Shown: positions 27,527-38,899 of the stretch, piece after piece | How the letters are laid out: each line of letters starts with the position of its first letter | How positions within the stretch are numbered: the stretch's first letter is position 1 | From: Octopus vulgaris | Taxonomy: Eukaryota | Length of the DNA stretch: 64,000 nucleotides | Direction of reading: 5' to 3' | Assembly: GCA_951406725.2 (NCBI GenBank) | Contig: OX597814.1 | Coordinates: 109,182,001 to 109,246,000 of the forward strand | The notes under the pieces: model-generated | The model's input: the letters and a program-made list of their open reading frames with translations, nothing else | Database searches by the model: none | What the model was told of the DNA's origin: nothing | Translations under genes and position numbers: made by a program

Positions 27527-28512
27527 TGTTACGAACCTGCCGTCGCTCAAACTCTTTGGAAACCCGGGACCCTACCAAGTCGAGCGACGACGATTGACTG
27601 GCTCGATCGAACGGGGAATTCGCCACGGAAGGAGAGAATTCTGTGGGGGAGAATGGCAGCGAACCCGGCAACTGGAGATAACGACAACAACAACAGCAGG
27701 AAGAAGAGACACAAAGAGAGACGGCGGAAGGCAATTGGCTTACATTTAACAACGGTTTATAACAATTATTACAACATCAAATAAATCAAGATACATCAGG
27801 TATACAACAAATCAAAGCATTTAAACATGCAGATACAATATACAATGTTCAAATCACATTAATGTTCACGATACAGTTCAAAGACAAATCAGAACAGTTC
27901 AATACAAAGTCTTTCTCTTTCTTTTTTTTCACGTCACGTATCAACACAATTCAGATTGTTCTTTATAATCTCTTTAGCACTGTTCTTTCTTTTTGACAAG
28001 TCTTTTACTTAATTCACATATCAATTCTTTTACATTTCAACACAACTCAACAACACATACCGTTTCAATTCCTACTATAATAGCCGTGCCTTCTATCCAC
28101 CGTAATCCCTCCTTCGCTCTCAGTCCTCTGTGTATGTCTTTCTCAACCTCTCATCCTCTCACTGTCTGCCTGTCGTTCTCAACGCTGTCACTGTCACTCT
28201 CTCGCCTGTCATTTCTCAGATTGTCTGTCTGTCTTTCTCAACTGACCGCCCCCTCCGTAATCCCATCTGCCTTGTTACCAACTCAATTTCTCCGGCCGAA
28301 CTTTCTAACAGACTCACAGTTCCTGCCTTTTTATAGGGTAGCTTCTTCGAACTTTCCTTGACCGGCACAAGGCCGAAGGTCCTTTCAAAGCTCATTACTC
28401 TTTCGTGAATCTGACAGAACAAAGGACAATAACATTAGATTGTAGACTTCCAGACTACACCCCAGCAAAGAAGGTCATAGCAGTTGTTTACCAATTTGAC
28501 CTACTCGTATCA
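27527..28512 (-). mobile_element. Solo LTR related to the Gypsy family at 18858-22399
   Basis: TG...CA ends; ATAT TSD (27523-26 and 28513-16); shares agccaattgccttc, (gtt)n and the terminal cgtaaca; the PLE repeat resumes after it. Confidence 0.88.
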
Positions 28513-28619
28513 ATATATTTATATTTTTAGAATAAACATACAAATTTCCACACGAAAGCATGTAATCTATGCCCTAGGCATGTAACTTCAACCGTGTTTT
28601 TTGTGATGTGAATTTGCTA

Positions 28620-28743
28620 CCCAGGTATCGGTTAATTCGAATTATCCTTAATAAGATAATTCATTCAACTACTCGAATATATATATATACCCAGGTATCG
28701 GTTAATTCGAATTATCCTTAATAAGATAATTCATTCAACTACT

Positions 28744-28750
<7 letters not shown>
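28620..28750. repeat. ~70-bp tandem duplication at the PLE end
   Basis: cccaggtatcggttaattcgaattatcc...actc occurs twice. Confidence 0.85.
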
Positions 28751-28802
<52 letters not shown>

Positions 28803-28823
28803 GTATATGTATATATATATATA

Positions 28824-29206
28824 CTAGCAGTATCGCCCGGCGTTGCTCAGGTTTGTAAGGGAAATAACTATAAAGCATTTTTAGAGAGTTATAGCCAAAA
28901 AATAGCAAAAAAATGGGAAAAAAATGATGGTAAATTTTTTTGAGAGTTAAAAAAGGTGGAGTTGCGTCCCCTAGACGGTCTGTGGTTTGGGTTTCTGATT
29001 CTCGACCCCATGTCGAATTTATCGATTTTTTTCAGAACTGGGGGAACTTTTCAAAATTTTCGCTGCGTTAGTTTTGAATTATGACATTGGGCTATGTGTG
29101 TGTCAAGTTTCATCAGAATCGGTTGAAAGCCGTGGTCAGAGTGAGGGTACGAGAAAACAGACACACAGAAAACGCACAGACAAACTGCCGTTTATATATA
29201 GAGAGA
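28824..29206 (-). mobile_element. Non-autonomous Helitron, second copy of 14585-14968
   Basis: Near-identical sequence with TC/CTAG termini, inside (TA)n. Confidence 0.85.
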
Positions 29207-29234
29207 TATATGTATATATATATATATATATATG

Positions 29235-29273
<39 letters not shown>

Positions 29274-29286
29274 GTATATATATATG

Positions 29287-29331
<45 letters not shown>

Positions 29332-29599
29332 GCATATATATATATGTGTATGTATATATATATATATGTGTATGTATATATATATGTATATATATATATG
29401 TATATATATATCTATATATGAGAGAGATTTTCTTTAAGTATTAGAAATAGCTTTAAAAAAGTTTTTTAGCTGCTATTTCTAATGAGTTCAGTATGCGGCG
29501 AAGTAATTTATTTTACTAAGCCCTTTTATATAATATATATATATGTATATATATATGTGTATGTATATATATATGTGTATGTATATATATATATGTATA

Positions 29600-30441
29600 T
29601 CAATGGAAACAGTAGTTGTGATACCTGTGCCGGTGACACATAAAAAGCACCATCCGAACGTGGCCGTTGCCAGTGCAGCCTCCACTGGCTTCTGTGCCGG
29701 TGGCACATAAAAAGCACCATCCGATCGTGACCGATGCAAACCCCGCCTCGAATGGCTTCTGTGCCGGTGGCACATGAAGATCGAACCAAATATCAATGGA
29801 AACAGTAGTTGTGATACCTGTGCCGGTGACACATAAAAAGCACCATCGGAACGTGGCCGTTGCCAGTGCAGCCCCCACTGGCTTCTGTGCCGGTGGCACA
29901 TAAAAAGCACCATCCGAATGTGACTGATGCCAACCCCGCCTCGAATGGCTTCTGTGCCGGTGGCACATAAAAAGCACCATCCGAACGTGGCCGATGCCAG
30001 CACCGCCTCAACTGGCTTCTGTGCCGGTGACACATAAGAAGCACCAACCGATTGTAGGATCCCGGAACATCTCGCTGTGCTTGAGGAGACCTGTTGAGTC
30101 AAGTGCATGTACATGTACATGAACATCGAACCAAATATCAATGGAAACAGTAGTTGTGATACCTGTGCCGGTGACACATAAAAAGCACCATCCGAACGTG
30201 GCCGTTGCCAGTGCAGACCCCACTGGCTTCTGTGGCTTCTGTGCCGGTGGCACATAAAAAAAGCACCAACCGATCGTAGCCGAAGCACCCACTACAGTTG
30301 CGGAGTGGTTGGCGTTAGGAAGGGCATCCAGCTGTAGAAACACTGCCAGATCAGACTGGAGCCTGGGGCAGCCCCTGGCTTCCCAGACCCCGGTCGTACC
30401 GTCCAACCCGTGCTAGCGCGGAAAACGGATGTTAAACGATG
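29600..30441 (+). mobile_element. RTE 3'UTR fragment with an expanded ~60-66-nt subrepeat array
   Basis: About 8-9 copies of tgtgccggt(g/a)gcacataaaaagcacc, ending in the terminal stem and GAT tail. Confidence 0.85.
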
Positions 30442-30528
30442 ATATATATACATATATATATATACATATATATATATACACACATATATATATACATATA
30501 TATATATACATATATATATATATACATA

Positions 30529-30569
<41 letters not shown>

Positions 30570-30787
30570 ACATACATATATATATACATATATATATATA
30601 CATATACATATATACATATACATATATATATACATATATATATACATATATATATACATATATATATATACATATATATATATACATATATATATACATA
30701 TATATATATACATATATATACATATATATATATACATATACATATATATATACATATATATATATACATATATATATATACATATAT

Positions 30788-33700
30788 ATGATTGATTGAT
30801 TGATTGATTCTAGTTTCAGCTTATGAGCTGTGGCCATGCTGGGGCACCGCCATTTGGTGTTGCTACTTGGTTTCACTTCATGGAGGCTTTCTAGCAACTG
30901 CTATTTGGTGCATGAGAGAGTTCGATGCAGCTGCCCTCATCTGCCCCTCCTGCCGTGAAGTTGGTTCATCTGGGACACCTGACAGGAAGAGATCCAGCTT
31001 CATTTTAAAGACATCTGTATCCACCCCATGCAGGTCTCTCAGGTTCTTCGGGAGGATATTGAAGAGCTGTGGGCCTCGGAAGCCCAGGCTATCACAGTAT
31101 CTTGTCCTACATCTTGATGGCAGGTTTGGAGTCCTAGGCACCACGCAGTGGCGCCCAGTTCTGGCATTTGCGTAACTCTCGATGCCAAAGTTCAGGACAC
31201 TTCCCTCCAGGATCTTCCAGATGTATATTATGGCATATCTTTCCCGCCTACGCTCCAGGGAATATAATTTTAATCTCTTGAGTCTTTCCAGTAGCTTACA
31301 TTCTGCATAGAGGCTATCTTCTTTGTGTAGCTTCGTTGGATCGCCTCAAGTTCTGTGATCAACTTGACACTGGATGGTGACCATAGCTGAGAGCAATAGT
31401 CAAAGTGGCTTAGGACAAGTGTCTTCCAGAGGACCATCATGGTTTCTTGTTCTCTTGTTCTAAAGGTTCTAAGAATCCATCCAGCCAGCCGTCTACATTT
31501 CATTGTCAGTTTAGCAACATGTACATGAAAGGTCGCGTCATCACTCATGTGAATACCCAGGTCACGCACTGATTGTGCCTCTGGGATTGCAATCCCTCCG
31601 GGTCCAGTGTATTCATTGGGTATTGCATTCAGTTTTGCATGCTGATAGTATAAAGCTTGAAACTTTCCAGCATTGAACTGCATGCTATTCTTTTCAGCCC
31701 ACTTGTATATTTCGTCCAGCTCACATTGCAGGTGTTTAGTGTCCTCAGGGTTCTGTATTGCCTGTGAAACTTTTGTATCATCTGCATAACTTGTGATCGT
31801 GGCTCTCTGCGTGGCTGAGGGCATGTCTGAGAGGGCCATTATGAACAGTAGTGGTCCCAGAACAGTGCCCTGCGGAACACCGCTCACTATTTGTGTGTTA
31901 ATGGAGGTGGCCCCATTGGCTACTACCACCTGACTTCTATCCTTCAGAAAGTCATGAAGCCATTCTCCCAGTTTTCCAACTATGTTGAGATCACGCAGTT
32001 TGTGACATATCATTCCATGATCGACTTTATCAATGGCCTTTGCAAAGTCGAGATATATCACTTCCACATTTGAGTGGTTGAGCAGCCGTTTCAGCACCCA
32101 GTCATAGTGTTGTAGGAGCTGAGTTAAACAGCTTCTCCCTGGTCGGAAACCATGTTGGGTGTCGGGCAGCAAGTCATTCTCTTCAAGGAAGGTGATCAGC
32201 TTCCTTCTGACTATTCGTTCCATGACCTTGCTGATGTGTGAGGTCAGAGAGATAGGTCTATAGTTCTTGGCTTCCGCTCTGCTACCTCCTTTATGAATGG
32301 GGCATATTTTACCTTCCTTCAGTTTTCCTGGAAGTTTGCCAGCTGCAAGGAAGCTCTGAAAGAGGAACTGCAGTGGTCTTGCTAGGACTCTCTTACATGC
32401 TTTTAGGTGGATTGCCGGGAATCCATCGGGGCCAGTAGCTGAGTCTGTTTTCATTTCATCTATAGCCTTGGTTACATCGTCTTCATTTATATCGATGTAA
32501 TCTATCGTCGCCGCCTCTGATTTTATATCTGCAGTGGTAAAAAAGTCAGTTGGATTGGTGATTTGGAGATGCCCAAGGGGTGGAGTGAAAACACTCTTGA
32601 ATTGCTCATTCAGTATTTCACTTACCCTCATTGGTTTTCCTGTAAGTGTGCCATCCTTTTCGAGGAGTGGCCCTATTCTACAGTGCACTGTAGCTGTTTC
32701 TTTGGCATACCTGTAGAAAGCTCTGGGGTTAGATTTTATGTTTTCTATAGCCCAGGCTTCTTTGTCTGCTCTTTCTTTTTCATGGGAGAGTTGCAGACAT
32801 TTTTCGATTTCCAACAGTTTTATTTTTAGGCGGGACTTTTCACTGCTTTCAATCTGTTTGTTTAGGCGATTTGAAAATTTCGTACGCCGTCTCATTAAAA
32901 TTTTCCTCTCTCTGGGGATTTTGTTCTTGTGTACAGCGGCCTTTCTCTCTGGGACACATTTGTAGCATATGGCTTGCATTACAGACATGAATTGTTGAAG
33001 TTTCACGTCGATGTCTGGCGAGAGAGACATTCAGGCCAGTTTTGTTTGAGGATCTCTTTCTCAATTTGTTTCCAGTTTGCCTTATGGTAGTTCAAGCTGG
33101 AAAGATTTTGAGGGTTTCTTGTAGGCTGCATGTCCGTGCTCTCTTTTGGCCCGTACATGGTCAGCTCTACCATGTTGTGATCCGAGAGTAGTGTCGGTGT
33201 CACTTTCACATTATGGATGAGATCCATGTCATTTGTGAAGCAGAGATCCAGTGTGTTACCTGCCCTGGTTGGTTGGAGTATTACCTGCTCCATGTACAGG
33301 GTGTTGATGAGGTTCAGGAGGGACCTCGCCTGTCCTCGTTCACATCTTGTCATTCCTGGGAGAGAAAGGCCCTCGGGCCATCTGACATTGGGCAGATTGA
33401 AGTCTCCCATAAGAAGCACACCTATGTGTTGTTCTAATGTGGTTAGAATTTCTTCTATTTTTATAAGGCAGTCTTCGAACTTGCCCACATGGCTTGGGGC
33501 ATCTGGAGGGCGATATGTAGCACACACAACTACATCAAGTTGCCTAATATGTACAATTAGTGTGTCACACACCGAGTTTGAGTATGACAAGAGGACCTGG
33601 GGTGTGAGGTCCTCACGGATGTACATAGCAACACCTCCATGACTCCTTTCTTTCCTGTCGGTCCGTAGTACAGCATACTGTGGTATGTGTAACTCCGCAT

Positions 33701-33906
33701 CTGCTATGTCCGGTTTCAGGTGCGTTTCTGTAAGTGCTATGCATAAGGCTTCATTGCATGCAACAAAGTCTCTCAGGAACGGGATCTTTGTCCTGTTACT
33801 GAGTGTTTGCAGTCCTCTGATGTTCAGTAGGAGTATCGAGGTGAGGTGTACGTTGTTGCCGGCGGTGTCCATCCTGTGTCTGTTTGCTGTGGTGGTCTGG
33901 TATATA
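30788..33906 (-). mobile_element. CR1-group LINE family A, copy 1: APE endonuclease plus RT, two 1-nt frameshifts, (CAAT)n tail
   Basis: LNIRG, TETHL, GDFN, NYRPISLTS, GVPQGTVLGP, YADD and LERRRERY motifs across ORFs 33003.., 31270..33030 and 30878..31144. Confidence 0.95.
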
Positions 33907-33930
33907 TATACATACATATATATACATACG

Positions 33931-33966
<36 letters not shown>

Positions 33967-34093
33967 CATACGTATATATATACATACATATATATATATA
34001 TACACATATATATATACATATATATATATACATATATATATATATACATATATATACATATATATACATATATATATATATACATATATATAC

Positions 34094-34288
<195 letters not shown>

Positions 34289-34423
34289 CATATATATATA
34301 TACATATACATATATATATATACATATACATATATATATATACATATACATATATATATATACATATATATATATACACATATATATATACATATACATA
34401 TATATACATATATAAATATATAC

Positions 34424-34506
<83 letters not shown>

Positions 34507-35443
34507 TATACATATATATATACATATACACATATATATATACACATATATATATATATACACATATATATATATACACACATATATATATATAACACAC
34601 ACACACATACACATACACATATATATACACATATATATAGACACATATATATATACACATATATATATATACACATATATATATAGACACATATATATAT
34701 ATACACACATATATATAGACACATATATATATATACACATATATATATATACAACGGGAAGCATTATGAAAAGAAACAAAAGACGAAGGCAGGTGGAAAA
34801 CAAACGAACAATTGTATTAGTATGGCGCTCAGGAAATATAAATAAAACAAGTCTTTAACGTTTCGAGCCTACGCTCTTCAACAGAAAGATCCACAGAGAG
34901 AATACACATATATATAGACACATATATATATACACATATATATACACATATATATATACACATATATATACACACATATATATACATATATATATATACA
35001 TATATACATATATATATACACATATACATATATATATACACATATATATATACATATATACATATATACATATATATATACATATATATATATACATATA
35101 TACATATATATATACATATATACATATATATATATACATATATACATATACACATATACATATATACATATACACATATACACATATACATATATACATA
35201 TACACATATACATATATACACATATACATATACACATATATATATACACATATACATATACACATATACATATATATATATATACACATATATATATACA
35301 TATATATATACATATATATATATACATATATATATACATATATATATATACATATATATATATACATATATATATACATATATACATATACATATATATA
35401 TATACATATACATATATATATATACATATACAAATATATATAC

Positions 35444-35493
<50 letters not shown>

Positions 35494-35573
35494 ATATACT
35501 TATACAAATATATATATACTTATACAAATATATATACATATACAAATATATATACATATACAAATATATATAC

Positions 35574-35623
<50 letters not shown>

Positions 35624-35715
35624 ATATATATACATATATACATATACATATACATACACACACACACACACACATACATACACATATACATATATACATA
35701 TATATATATATACAT

Positions 35716-35770
<55 letters not shown>

Positions 35771-35861
35771 CTTATACATATATATATATACATATACATA
35801 TATATACATATACATATATATATATACATATACATATATATATACATATACATATATATAC

Positions 35862-35892
<31 letters not shown>

Positions 35893-35913
35893 CATATACA
35901 TATATATATATAC

Positions 35914-35998
<85 letters not shown>

Positions 35999-36021
35999 CA
36001 TATATATATACATATATATAC

Positions 36022-36104
<83 letters not shown>

Positions 36105-36134
36105 TATACATATATATATACATATATATATATA

Positions 36135-36165
<31 letters not shown>

Positions 36166-36224
36166 CATATATATATACATATATATATATATACATATAT
36201 ATATATACATATATATATATATAC

Positions 36225-36374
<150 letters not shown>

Positions 36375-36392
36375 ACATATATATATATATAC

Positions 36393-36423
<31 letters not shown>

Positions 36424-36475
36424 CATATATATACATATATATATACATATATATACATATATATATATATATACA

Positions 36476-38795
36476 TTGCCAAGACTGTCCGTAAACGAAG
36501 TGATCCCAAGATAAGAAATCCTTGAACTTTAATTCATCCCGTATTTCTATTTATTAATTATTATTATTATTCTCATCCCCCAAGACGCCACTCTGTTTAC
36601 TATTTCAGCCTCGCCTCGTTTTTGCATATTCTGTATAATTCACTAGTTATCGTTATAGATATTTAAGATCTATTCTCCCTTACAGGGCTGATAGGAATTG
36701 GCTGCCGATTCTTCGCGCCCTTCTCTCCCCCTCTTTTTACATTGTCTGTCTGGACTCCTATGCATACTTAAGCTAGTATCCTGCCTCATTCTTGATTCCG
36801 AATTCCTTTTGCCAAGACTGTCCGTAAACGAAGTGATCCCAAGATAAGAAATCCTTGAACTTTAATTCATCCCGTATTTCTATTTATTAATTATTATTAT
36901 TATTCTGATCCCCCAAGACGCCACTCTGTTTACTATTTCAGCCTCACCTCGTTTTTGCATATTCTGTATAATTCACTAGTTATCGTTATAGATATTCAAG
37001 ATCTATTCTCCCTTACAGGGCTGATAGAAATTGGCAGCCGATTCTTCGCGCCCTTCTCTCCCCCTCTTTTTACATTGTCTGTCTGGACTCCTATGCATAC
37101 TTAAGCTAGTATCCTGCCTCATTCTTGATTCCGAATTCCTTTTGCCAAGACTGTCCGTAAACGAAGTGATCCCAAGATAAGAAATCCTTGAACTTTAATT
37201 CATCCCGTATTTCTATTTATTAATTATTATTATTATTCTGATCCCCCAAGACGCCACTCTGTTTACTATTTCAGCCTCGCCTCGTTTTTGCATATTCTGT
37301 ATAATTCACTAGTTATCGTTATAGATATTTAAGATCTATTCTCCCTTACAGGGCTGATAGAAATTGGCTGCCGATTCTTCGCGCCCTTCTCTCCCCCTCT
37401 TTTTACATTGTCTGTCTGGACTCCTATGCATACTTAAGCTAGTATCCTGCCTCATTCTTGATTCCGAATTCCTTTTGCCAAGACTGTCCGTAAACGAAGT
37501 GATCCCAAGATAAGAAATCCTTGAACTTTAATTCATCCCGTATTTCTATTTATTAATTATTATTATTATTCTGATCCCCCAAGACGCCACTCTGTTTACT
37601 ATTTCAGCCTCGCCTCGTTTTTGCATATTCTGTATAATTCACTAGTTATCGTTATAGATATTTAAGATCTATTCTCCCTTACAGGGCTGATAGAAATTGG
37701 CTGCCGATTCTTCGCGCCCTTCTCTCCCCCTCTTTTTACATTGTCTGTCTGGACTCCTATGCATACTTAAGCTAGTATCCTGCCTCATTCTTGATTCCGA
37801 ATTCCTTTTGCCAAGACTGTCCGTAAACGAAGTGATCCCAAGATAAGAAATCCTTGAACTTTAATTCATCCCGTATTTCTATTTATTAATTATTATTATT
37901 ATTCTGATCCCCCAAGACGCCACTCTGTTTACTATTTCAGCCTCGCCTCGTTTTTGCATATTCTGTATAATTCACTAGTTATCGTTATAGATATTTAAGA
38001 TCTATTCTCCCTTACAGGGCTGATAGAAATTGGCTGCCGATTCTTCGCGCCCTTCTCTCCCCCTCTTTTTACATTGTCTGTCTGGACTCCTATGCATACT
38101 TAAGCTAGTATCCTGCCTCATTCTTGATTCCGAATTCCTTTTGCCAAGACTGTCCGTAAACGAAGTGATCCCAAGATAAGAAATCCTTGAACTTTAATTC
38201 ATCCCGTATTTCTATTTATTAATTATTATTATTATTCTGATCCCCCAAGACGCCACTCTGTTTACTATTTCAGCCTCGCCTCGTTTTTGCATATTCTGTA
38301 TAATTCACTAGTTATCGTTATAGATATTTAAGATCTATTCTCCCTTACAGGGCTGATAGGAATTGGCTGCCGATTCTTCGCGCCCTTCTCTCCCCTCTTT
38401 TTACATTGTCTGTCTGGACTCCTATGCATACTTAAGCTAGTATCCTGCCTCATTCTTGATTCCGAATTCCTTTTGCCAAGACTGTCCATAAACGAAGTGA
38501 TCCCAAGATAAGAAATCCTTGAACTTTAATTCATCCCGTATTTCTATTTATTAATTATTATTATTATTCTGATCCCCCAAGACGCCACTCTGTTTACTAT
38601 TTCAGCCTCGCCTCGTTTTTGCATATTCTGTATAATTCACTAGTTATCGTTATAGATATTTAAGATCTATTCTCCCTTACAGGGCTGATAGAAATTGGCT
38701 GCCGATTCTTCGCGCCCTTCTCTCCCCCTCTTTTTACATTGTCTGTCTGGACTCCTATGCATACTTAAGCTAGTATCCTGCCTCATTCTTGATTC
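36476..38795. repeat. 333-bp tandem array, 7 near-identical units
   Basis: aagactgtcc anchors at 36481, 36814, 37147, 37480, 37813, 38146 and 38478. Confidence 0.97.
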
Positions 38796-38899
38796 GGAAG
38801 CCCAGGCTTTTGCCAAGACTATCCGTAAATCTTGATGTATTTCTATTTATTAATTATTATTATTCTGCAGGTTTGCTCGCTCGTTTTTGCATATTCTGT

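Larger units (their letters stand above)
25871..28750 (+). mobile_element. 5'-truncated Penelope-like element: inverted pLTR copy, GIY-YIG ORF remnant, pLTR (split by a solo LTR)
   Basis: ORF 26060..26812 has IYQC..FYIGAT..QRISNH..LEWSI..CGIC.SE..CMH; repeat 25871-26081 (-) equals 27331-27526 (+); a third copy lies at 25628-25826 (+). Confidence 0.88.

Noticed and set aside
29600-30290. CRISPR-like repeat/spacer appearance
   Set aside because: The spacers are homologous to each other, the array is part of an RTE 3'UTR, there are no cas genes, and the context is a eukaryotic intron.
36676-36722. ctgatag...hairpin in the 333-bp unit as a hammerhead
   Set aside because: No CUGANGA match and no downstream GAAA or stem III geometry on either strand.
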